NCBI GenBank assembly: GCA_028280785.1
Contig: JANQLF010000053.1
Coordinates: forward strand, 41,691-105,690
DNA: 64,000 bases
DNA from: Planctomycetota bacterium
GTDB lineage: Bacteria > Planctomycetota > UBA11346
Direction of reading: 5' to 3'
The first letter of the stretch is position 1. Every line of letters begins with the position of its first letter. A program made the position numbers and the translations under genes. This document shows, piece after piece, positions 1 to 6,979 of the stretch. A model generated the notes under the pieces. The model ran no database searches. It was not told where the DNA came from and worked only from the letters and a program-made list of their open reading frames with translations.

Positions 1-96
1 TGTATCTTGAAATTTCAAATAGGCCGCCAAGGAGGCGTGTGCAGCTGCCAAGGTGGCAAACCCAACTGGGACATCGTCCTTGATGAGTATATACAT
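1..96 (-). CDS. Hypothetical protein, N-terminal 32 codons only (gene runs off the left edge). The N-terminus looks PTH2/DUF2000-like.
   Basis: Manual translation from the ATG at 96-94 gives MYILIKDDVPVGFATLAAAHASLAAYLKFQDT, open to position 1. Purine-rich SD-like words (AAGGAG, GAGGTG) lie within 15 nt upstream. The sequence resembles the N-terminus of the 7914..8246 ORF (YIVIK...SAHAAITAY). Confidence 0.4.
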   Translation of the reverse strand, partial: MYILIKDDVPVGFATLAAAHASLAAYLKFQDT

Positions 97-131
97 TTTC
101 ACCTCAGACTCCTTTTATCCATTCATCAGAA

Positions 132-488
132 TTAAAACACATAGAATAAGTACCATATGCCAGCATAGAGAGGAAGAGAAATCACCACAAAAATTAGCAT
201 CCATATTTTATCCCCATACCAACTAGTCACAACGTGCTGCTCTTCGACGATTTCCATTTCATTTTCAATATTATCTTCATGAATTGGCATTCTTAAGAAT
301 TCTAGTAATTTCATCATGATTAAAAATGGAGCAAGCGGAAGTGATATTGTTCCCATAACAACACAGTATAGCAAGCGCTTCAGTCCTGATTCGTCCGGGA
401 ACTCTCTTATACTAATTCCTCGCCAAATCATTGCATTGATGAGCCATACAGCACACAGAATGAAGCTATCCGCAATGGTCCAGTTCAT
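132..488 (-). CDS. Small integral membrane protein, function unknown
   Basis: 118-aa ORF with several hydrophobic helices. Its start overlaps the stop of the upstream NUDIX gene by 4 nt. Confidence 0.5.
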   Translation of the reverse strand: MNWTIADSFILCAVWLINAMIWRGISIREFPDESGLKRLLYCVVMGTISLPLAPFLIMMKLLEFLRMPIHEDNIENEMEIVEEQHVVTSWYGDKIWMLIFVVISLPLYAGIWYLFYVF

Positions 489-889
489 CTCAAGGATTCT
501 CGTAAGCTATGCAAGGCGATCTGCTGCTCTGGTCTGATTTTCTTTATAGCCTCGTCTATAGGAATGATGACTCGTTTTCTTATATCTGATTCATCCCATT
601 CTTCTGCAATATGTTGCACTTGCATCGCATACACATCGACACGACAGATACCACCCCATTTCTCATAGGTGTATTCACACAACTGCTCACCGACTACATC
701 ACCAAAAATACCGGCCTCTTCTTCCGCCTCTTTCAGAGCAGATGCTTGCGGGGTTAAATAGTCTTCGACATTCCCCTTTGGAATACTCCATTGGCCTGTA
801 TTCAACGAGGTAATCATAATGACCTTAATCACATCATTCTCTATGATATAGGGCACTACCGCAGATTGGCTGTATACTGGTTTTCCCAT
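485..889 (-). CDS. NUDIX hydrolase
   Basis: Nudix-box-like GNVEDYLTPQASALKEAEEEAGI (Gx5.x7 KEAxEEAGI). 134 aa. Overlaps both neighbouring genes. Confidence 0.8.
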   Translation of the reverse strand: MGKPVYSQSAVVPYIIENDVIKVIMITSLNTGQWSIPKGNVEDYLTPQASALKEAEEEAGIFGDVVGEQLCEYTYEKWGGICRVDVYAMQVQHIAEEWDESDIRKRVIIPIDEAIKKIRPEQQIALHSLRESLR

Positions 890-1314
890 TACTTATTGCT
901 TTTCCACTGACTGTATTTTTCACTAATGAGAGCTGATACCCGCTGTGCATTTTCTATAGTGTCTGGTACATGATAAACAGATTCAAAGTCTTGATCAAAG
1001 AGACCGCTTATATCATTTAAGTATTCGCCATCTACATAGTAATCTTTAACAAAGGGTAAAACTTCCTCCGAACAATCATCATCCCAAAATTTTTCATCAC
1101 AGGCATCAAACAAAAAATCGCGCCCCGTGCGTTGCCCAGACTTCACCGCCTGAATAATCTCTTCCGAAAAATCATCTTCAGTGTGATCTAAACCAAGATG
1201 GTCATTGGTAATTATCCAATACAAAAAGAACCCAATATGCGTACCGCCAGCTTCTATTGGTAATCCTTCAGGGAAATCACCGCCGTAATGCCAGTCTGCT
1301 CTGTCGATTGCCAT
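889..1314 (-). CDS. Hypothetical acidic cytosolic protein
   Basis: 141-aa ORF (ADWHYGGDFPEGLP...THIGFFLYWII) with no TM segment. Its stop overlaps the start codon of the downstream NUDIX gene by 1 nt. Confidence 0.5.
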   Translation of the reverse strand: MAIDRADWHYGGDFPEGLPIEAGGTHIGFFLYWIITNDHLGLDHTEDDFSEEIIQAVKSGQRTGRDFLFDACDEKFWDDDCSEEVLPFVKDYYVDGEYLNDISGLFDQDFESVYHVPDTIENAQRVSALISEKYSQWKSNK

Positions 1315-1335
1315 CGATTTTCTCCGTTATAATTG

Positions 1336-2076
1336 TTACCAGATTTTCCACCATGGTTTTTTATGAAGAGGTTTCACATCACCAAAATTAAATAACATCC
1401 AACATTTCTTATCGTCATCCCAAAAGGACAAAGAAGACAAATCAATTTCAGTAAACTTCACCCACTGATCAGGTGGACTCCATTCGTCAGTACCTCTACT
1501 TTGCCCATAAAATGGCGATGGGGCCCACATAATTTTTATCGAATCCGTCGCAACTTCCATCACCCAACCCATAAATTCAACACCATCTTTAAACGTAAAT
1601 CCATGGCTATCGCCACAATCCTCAAACTTAACAAATAAGTCGTGAAAGGTCGCGGGACCCGAGTTGCTGGGGATCGACTTGTTGGGTAAGTATTTCCTTG
1701 CCAATTCACATTGGGTGGTGACAAATCCACTGAATGACTCCTCCTCTGCGAGATCAGCGATAATTACTGTTATAGTTCCGTCGCGATTAAACACGCAACT
1801 TGGAACACACATTGGGTCGAAGTCTGGATAGTGCTTTAATGCCAGTAGGCAGTATGCCGCAATTTGATTCGATTCATTTTTCAATCCATCGATTAATAGC
1901 TGTCTATCATTCGGGTGATACTTGGCCCATGATTCAACCAACCGCCATTGGAGTGTTTTTTCGGGACTCCATCCTACATGCAATAAATGAACCATGTTAT
2001 CGCGCAGCCAGACAGCCTTCATTTTTTCGAATGATTCTTCAGCACCGCCCTTTAGAAGCCTTCGGATCTCGAACAT
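1336..2076 (-). CDS. Hypothetical protein
   Basis: 246-aa ORF in the same strand array. No motif recognised. Confidence 0.5.
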   Translation of the reverse strand: MFEIRRLLKGGAEESFEKMKAVWLRDNMVHLLHVGWSPEKTLQWRLVESWAKYHPNDRQLLIDGLKNESNQIAAYCLLALKHYPDFDPMCVPSCVFNRDGTITVIIADLAEEESFSGFVTTQCELARKYLPNKSIPSNSGPATFHDLFVKFEDCGDSHGFTFKDGVEFMGWVMEVATDSIKIMWAPSPFYGQSRGTDEWSPPDQWVKFTEIDLSSLSFWDDDKKCWMLFNFGDVKPLHKKPWWKIW

Positions 2077-2183
2077 TTAATTACCTAAGGCCCAGGCCAG
2101 CGAAGCCGCGCGAAGCGAGGCTTCGCGTTATGAAACGGATTGTTGGATGGCTAATAATTGCATCGTACATTATTGCCACCCTA

Positions 2184-2501
2184 TCACCAATTCGAATATA
2201 AAAAATAAGCGATTGAAATGAAATTGACACAAATAATGGCTTTTTGATACATCAGACAATTTCGCCGTATCAACAAAATGATAGACACCGGAATTACCAA
2301 ACTTGCGACAAGAATATAATAAATGTTCAAAAATAGAAATGTTAGACCGTCATTTATAATACGGTCAAAAATGACATAAATAGTGGGATACCAAATAAGC
2401 AACAATCCAACCAACGATAATATTGTAATAGATATATCATGTTTTATTGCTTCTGCATTTTGATTTACTTCAACGGTCATCATTGGCTTTCTTAAGTCCA
2501 C
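2184..2501 (-). CDS. Small membrane protein (3 TM), function unknown
   Basis: 105-aa ORF, very AT-rich, with hydrophobic helices. Confidence 0.45.
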   Translation of the reverse strand: MDLRKPMMTVEVNQNAEAIKHDISITILSLVGLLLIWYPTIYVIFDRIINDGLTFLFLNIYYILVASLVIPVSIILLIRRNCLMYQKAIICVNFISIAYFLYSNW

Positions 2502-2586
2502 CCTACCGTATTATTATAACGAAAACCCTATAACAAGGAAAAGCAGAGCATTATCTCACAGGTCTTTTGACACAGAAAAATCTATT

Positions 2587-2615
2587 CGGACGTGGACGTC
2601 CGCGTTCCCAGCAGC
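2587..2615. repeat. Solo copy of the hairpin-plus-TCCCAG motif (copy D)
   Basis: CGGACG-tgga-CGTCCG is followed by cgTTCCCAGcagc. It lies immediately 3' of the four-helix-bundle gene stop. Confidence 0.5.
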
Positions 2616-2618
2616 TTT

Positions 2619-2957
2619 TTACCTGAGTTGTGCCATGAAGGCTGAGAGCATCGCGCCAAGGTGTCCGATTTGGTCGTGGAGTGGATGCTCGGTGTTGAGT
2701 TTGCCTATGTCGCTAAGTAGGGCGATTTGACTTTGTAATTCGGTGTTGGATGCGCGGGCGTAGCCGAGAAAACGTAGACATTGTTTGTTTGAATCCTGTG
2801 CGGTACCTTCTGCTATATTTGACACCACTGAAATCGCTGAGCGTTCGAGTTGATTTCGTAGGTCACCGAAGTGTTGAGCCTTGCTGCAGAGTTGATGAAT
2901 GCTGCGCAGATTTTCTCTGGCTTTTTGGTAGATGCGTAGGTTGTTGATGTTGTGCAT
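2619..2957 (-). CDS. Four-helix-bundle protein (23S rRNA intervening-sequence protein / Avd family)
   Basis: 112 aa. The family-typical pattern is present: YQKA..L....H.L...........NQLERSA.SV.SNIAEG........Q..FL..A..S..EL..Q. An AAGGAG lies 8 nt upstream of the ATG. Confidence 0.8.
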   Translation of the reverse strand: MHNINNLRIYQKARENLRSIHQLCSKAQHFGDLRNQLERSAISVVSNIAEGTAQDSNKQCLRFLGYARASNTELQSQIALLSDIGKLNTEHPLHDQIGHLGAMLSAFMAQLR

Positions 2958-2978
2958 TTATTGCTCCTTATAATTCCT

Positions 2979-3000
2979 GCCGTCCGCTTGCGCGGAAGGC
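2979..3000. repeat. GC hairpin in the 5' leader of the four-helix-bundle gene, a reverse-oriented relative of the hairpin family
   Basis: GCCGTCCGC-ttgc-GCGGAAGGC forms a 9-bp stem with one mismatch. It uses the same GTCCGC/GCGGA words as copies A and D. Two further GCA-triloop mini-hairpins follow at 3006-3028. Confidence 0.4.
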
Positions 3001-3109
3001 GTCAAGGCCACGCAGTGCCGCGCAGCGGTTTGCCTTTACGCTTGAGCACATGTGGTAAGGTTGGAATTACTGTGGAGCTGGTTTGGGGTTGGTAAGGGTT
3101 TTTTATTTT

Positions 3110-3404
3110 GAGCCTCGATCCTGGAGCCTTGAACCTCGAGTTTCGAGCCTCGACGTCGATGATCGAAATTCGAGGATCGACGTTCGAACATCGATTTCGA
3201 CATGCGTCTTTCTCCACTGCTTTATCTATAGTGTCGTTTGGAAATTTACTTTAATCCCCTTGCTTAATGCGGACAGGATGTCCGCGGTCCCAGGGACACC
3301 CATTCCACGCCCAAACTGTAATTTTAAATACCGATATACTTTTTACGTATGTCGATATCGAGGCTCTAGGATCGACGCTCCAGAATCTAAAGTCAAAGCT
3401 CTAG
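3110..3404. repeat. MITE-like repeat element, copy A (heptad arms plus internal hairpin)
   Basis: The left arm (3112-3200) is 13 tandem 7-bp units ending in TNGA. The hairpin GCGGAC-aggat-GTCCGC plus ggTCCCAGgg lies at 3269-3295. The right arm (3351-3404) is a mirror array of units ending in TCNA. Confidence 0.75.
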
Positions 3405-3521
3405 TTACATAAAGTGAAAATTGTACCATTTCCCTCCCCCATTCCCGTCCTCCCACCATAGACACCCAAGTCACAACAATTACCGTAGTCCCGTTGCCTA
3501 TTGACCATTTCTGGAGTCATC

Positions 3522-6371
3522 ATGCCTGTGTTACATATTTTTATTTCCGTACTACTCATCAGTTTTTGTTCGTCATTAAACGCTGCTGAAAATACCGTTG
3601 GCGCCGGTGCTGTAATACTCACACCAATCGCTGACACTTATATCGCCACCTATCCTCCTGGTCGTCGTGATGCGCGGGCTAAGAATAGTGAACAAGGTGG
3701 CAATGCCGGTAAAACACTGCGCTTAAAGATCAAAAAATATGAAAATATTCCACTGTTTAAATTTGATTTCTCTGCAATCCCTAAAGGCGCAACCATAAAC
3801 AAGGCCTATATCGACATAAAATTAATGAATGGTGCACAACTGAATCAAATAACTGTTTCTTCTATACATGCCGATTGGAATGAAGGCAACGGCACTTTTG
3901 ATGATGGTAAAAATTACGATCTCAATCATGAGGGCGCCTGTTTATTTGGTCCAAAAGGAATCAACTCTAGCTGGCGCTCATTTGCTAACAGTGATTTTTA
4001 TTTCATGTATAATGGCGAAGGCGGCAGTGCGATGCGCATTGTAAAAGCCACCATGCTGGATGACGGCACGTGTCGCATCCCGGTTGATCCCTACGTCCTG
4101 CATGCAGCGATAGAAAATGGTTCTAGTTTAGCGTTCACTGACCACACCGCTACGTTTACCGGTGATGGCGCGAACATTTTTTTCCATTCTCGTGAAGTTG
4201 CTGGCAAGGAACCAAAACTCACGGTAACATGGTCAATGTCTAAAGATCAAAGCGCACCTGCATTTAAAAGTATAGCTCTAGCCGAGGCTGGACCTGTTCC
4301 AGGTAGCATTCGCCTTGCATTACCAGCCGCTGGCGATGATGGCGATAAAGGTACGGCCTTAGGTTACCGCGTATGGGTTAACGATAAACAAATCCCTGTA
4401 GTTGATTTACCACGTCCGCAACGCATTTGGCGCAATTGCATATTAGAAGGCTTCGAACCTAGTGCGGCACTAGCCATTAAAATAGAAGCTTTCGATGAAG
4501 CGAATAATACCTGCACCACAACTATCACCACCAAAAGCACTGGCGCTTTTACCGGCGCACTGGCAGATGCATTGGCCGATCAAAACGCAGAAGGACAAAA
4601 GGTTTCTTCTGCTGATTTTTCGGCTCAATTAATTGATGGCATGACCTTAATTAATCCACTGACCGGTACGCTCTCAGTGAAACAGCAGCGCGGCAAAGGT
4701 CTGCTGCCGATCAAGCGTTTCGGTGCTGTCAAAGGTGAAGCCGTTGGTCTGCAATGTTTGATTAATGCAAAAACCCCGCAACAAGGCCTACGCATCAGTG
4801 CCAGCGACTTAAAAAATGATAAGCATCTTATTCCAGCGAGTCAGATTGAATTCTTTAACGAAGTCTATGTCAAAATGGAAAACAATTGGATAGCGGATAT
4901 TTTACCACAATTAAACGCAGGCGACACCTTCTCAATTCCAAGTCAAAAAGACCTCAGCACACAACAAGCGCATTGCATTTATATTGATGTATGGGTGCCT
5001 AAAACAGCTGCCGCTGGTCTTTACGCTGGTACCATCACGGTTCAGTCCTCAGAGGAAACTATTGAATTACCGTTAGAAATCATGGTTCGCGACATCACCT
5101 TACCGGATGAGTTAAGTTTTACCGTTGAGATGAATGCGTATGGACACAGTAGCGATAAAAAAGTTTTCCATGAAACCTATCGCCTCTGCCATAAACATCG
5201 TTTGAGTTACAATGTGCTTGGTTACGGCCACTGGAACCCACGATCTAAAACGACGCCTGTTTTAAATAGTGATGCCAATCCTGATATCGCTGCCAAAGAT
5301 GTGAAGATAACGGATTGGTCGGTATACGACGAGTTTTATGGTCCGATATTCAGCGGAGCTTTGACCAAGGACCTGCCACGCGCAGGCATCCCAGCAACAC
5401 ATTGGTACCTCCCTTTTCAAAGCTCATGGCCTTATTTACTCGAAAAATGCAATCCACATTTATGGAAAAGCCGCGTTAAACCAAATGACGATAAAAAAGC
5501 CTATATTGCATGGGAACAGTATCTTGCTGAAAATGACCTCATGTTTGACGATCACCTAAGCGCTGATTGGCATCTGGTGAATAAAAATGTTGCCCAGCAA
5601 TTTAAAGATCACTTTAAAGAAAAAGGCTGGACGAAAACCAAGATGCAAATTTTCGATAATCATAAAATGTATTTTGCTTCGGGCAGTCGCAGCTTATGGG
5701 TGATGGATGAACCGCGTTATGGGCGCGATTACGAAGCGCTTGCTGGCATCTACAAAGCACATGAGTCCTATCTAGGTGGCGGCTCTATTAACACGCAAAT
5801 GCGCGCCGATATTTCTACACCACAAAAAATGGGTATGTTTATGGACGGCGGCATGGATGAAGTCGTCGTCTCGTCGGCCATCAATTTATACAGCGCTTAT
5901 TTGCGCAATTATAATTCAGCGAATGGAACTACGCTGTGGTGGTACGGCGGTGGCTCCGAAGCTGATAACGATCCAGCTGCAGTGATTGCCTTATTCACCA
6001 ATAAATGGTCACTCGGCTGCGTTGGTGGTATGCCAGTCTACACCAGCTTTGCCGGATCAAATGATTGGACTAAATCACATCGTCTGCGTGTCGTTCGCTT
6101 TGCTGAAGGCAGTGGTTTACCAGTAGCCAGTTTCCGCATGAAAGCTTATCGCCGTGCCCAACAGGACATGGAGTTGTTTAATTTGCTCGCGCAGAAAGAT
6201 GGATTCAATCGCTGGCACGTCGCTGATCTCATTAACAAAGAAGTTGTTTTAAAAATGACCACTATTTCTACGCGTCCAGACGATCCTGGCTATTCAACAT
6301 TTGAAGGTTTAGATCTTGCTAATTTTGATGCACTGCGGGAAAAGGTTGTTGCTACTTTGTTGGCTAAGTAG
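3522..6371 (+). CDS. Large secreted protein, possibly a glycan-active enzyme (DUF4091/GH123-like C-terminal half, tentative)
   Basis: The ATG at 3522 has a GGAG 5 nt upstream; the ORF-track start at 3501 is a TTG. A signal peptide is present (MPVLHIFISVLLISFCSSLNA/AE). The N-terminal region looks beta-sandwich-like, and an FN3-like segment lies near residues 250-340. The family call is only a weak recollection. Confidence 0.7.
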   Translation: MPVLHIFISVLLISFCSSLNAAENTVGAGAVILTPIADTYIATYPPGRRDARAKNSEQGGNAGKTLRLKIKKYENIPLFKFDFSAIPKGATINKAYIDIKLMNGAQLNQITVSSIHADWNEGNGTFDDGKNYDLNHEGACLFGPKGINSSWRSFANSDFYFMYNGEGGSAMRIVKATMLDDGTCRIPVDPYVLHAAIENGSSLAFTDHTATFTGDGANIFFHSREVAGKEPKLTVTWSMSKDQSAPAFKSIALAEAGPVPGSIRLALPAAGDDGDKGTALGYRVWVNDKQIPVVDLPRPQRIWRNCILEGFEPSAALAIKIEAFDEANNTCTTTITTKSTGAFTGALADALADQNAEGQKVSSADFSAQLIDGMTLINPLTGTLSVKQQRGKGLLPIKRFGAVKGEAVGLQCLINAKTPQQGLRISASDLKNDKHLIPASQIEFFNEVYVKMENNWIADILPQLNAGDTFSIPSQKDLSTQQAHCIYIDVWVPKTAAAGLYAGTITVQSSEETIELPLEIMVRDITLPDELSFTVEMNAYGHSSDKKVFHETYRLCHKHRLSYNVLGYGHWNPRSKTTPVLNSDANPDIAAKDVKITDWSVYDEFYGPIFSGALTKDLPRAGIPATHWYLPFQSSWPYLLEKCNPHLWKSRVKPNDDKKAYIAWEQYLAENDLMFDDHLSADWHLVNKNVAQQFKDHFKEKGWTKTKMQIFDNHKMYFASGSRSLWVMDEPRYGRDYEALAGIYKAHESYLGGGSINTQMRADISTPQKMGMFMDGGMDEVVVSSAINLYSAYLRNYNSANGTTLWWYGGGSEADNDPAAVIALFTNKWSLGCVGGMPVYTSFAGSNDWTKSHRLRVVRFAEGSGLPVASFRMKAYRRAQQDMELFNLLAQKDGFNRWHVADLINKEVVLKMTTISTRPDDPGYSTFEGLDLANFDALREKVVATLLAK

Positions 6372-6610
6372 AGCTTCGATTTTAGATCTTTGAGCCTAGA
6401 ACGTCGAACCTTGATGTCGAGGATCGACATTCGATAGGCGTTTAAAATATTTGTAAATTCTCAGTTCTACTCGCCATTTTAAAAGTATTCCTAGTTAGTG
6501 CCGATTCGGAGATCGGCGATCCAGACACTTATACACTTGCATTACTTTTCGTATATGTCGATGTCGAAGTTCTAGGATCAAGGCTTGAAAGTCGAAAATC
6601 TAATCTCAAG
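6371..6610. repeat. MITE-like repeat element, copy B
   Basis: The left arm (6373-6434) is nine heptads: gcttcga ttttaga tctttga gcctaga acgtcga accttga tgtcga ggatcga cattcga. The hairpin GCCGAT-tcggag-ATCGGC plus gaTCCAGac lies at 6500-6526. The right arm (6557-6610) is colinear with the right arm of copy A. Confidence 0.75.
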
Positions 6611-6612
6611 GG

Positions 6613-6840
6613 TTAATAATCATCACATAAATACAATGATAATGGCATTGTTATTGGAGCAGTCAGCAATCCAACTAAAATAAAGAATGCAAATAGAATT
6701 GTCATTAATGGATAACGAAAAACACCAAATCCAGCAAACGTTTCATGAACGTCTTTTCTATATTTTGGACTCATCAGGTAGTACCACATCGGGCAACCAT
6801 AAGTTATCAGCTCGAACAAATTTAAGATCCCAAGTAACAT
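6613..6840 (-). CDS. Small membrane protein (hypothetical)
   Basis: 75-aa hydrophobic ORF lying between repeat copies B and C. There is no other support. Confidence 0.35.
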   Translation of the reverse strand: MLLGILNLFELITYGCPMWYYLMSPKYRKDVHETFAGFGVFRYPLMTILFAFFILVGLLTAPITMPLSLYLCDDY

Positions 6841-6915
6841 AATGGCGACACTCTAGCAGCTGTCAGACGCACGGGTGCTGAAGTCCTAGAATGGGCAAGC
6901 ATCAAAGCGAACTTT

Positions 6916-6979
6916 GCGAGTAAGGACTCGCGTCCTCGGGAATATCGAGGCTCTAGGATCGAGGCTCGAACATCGATTT
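6916..6979. repeat. Condensed partial copy C of the repeat element
   Basis: GCGAGT-aagg-ACTCGC plus gTCCTCGGg is followed directly by five heptads: atatcga ggctcta ggatcga ggctcga acatcga. Confidence 0.6.

Noticed and set aside
2088-2127. The GC hairpin CGCGAAGC-gag-GCTTCGCG, with a nearby GGCCTGGG, could be a fifth member of the hairpin family in reverse orientation.
   Set aside because: The stem is perfect, but the tail matches the TCCCAG consensus only weakly. I noted it but did not count it as a copy.
132-2501. The small co-directional genes could be integron cassettes.
   Set aside because: The genes overlap or abut, leaving no room for attC sites. No intI or attI is visible.
2619-2957. 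The four-helix-bundle gene could be the Avd component of a diversity-generating retroelement.
   Set aside because: No reverse transcriptase is present in the window, and I could not find a template/variable repeat pair nearby. The gene is kept only as an orphan family member.
3110-3404. The heptad arrays could be a CRISPR array.
   Set aside because: The units are 6-7 bp with no spacers, and the arrays occur as inverted arms. No cas genes are present.
3002-3637. ORF-track entries 3002..3217(-), 3083..3412(+) and 3401..3637(-).
   Set aside because: They are read-through translations of the repeat element and the C-rich tract, giving peptides such as LEPRSWSLEPRVSSLDVDDRNSRIDV. They have no SD sequence and they overlap each other.
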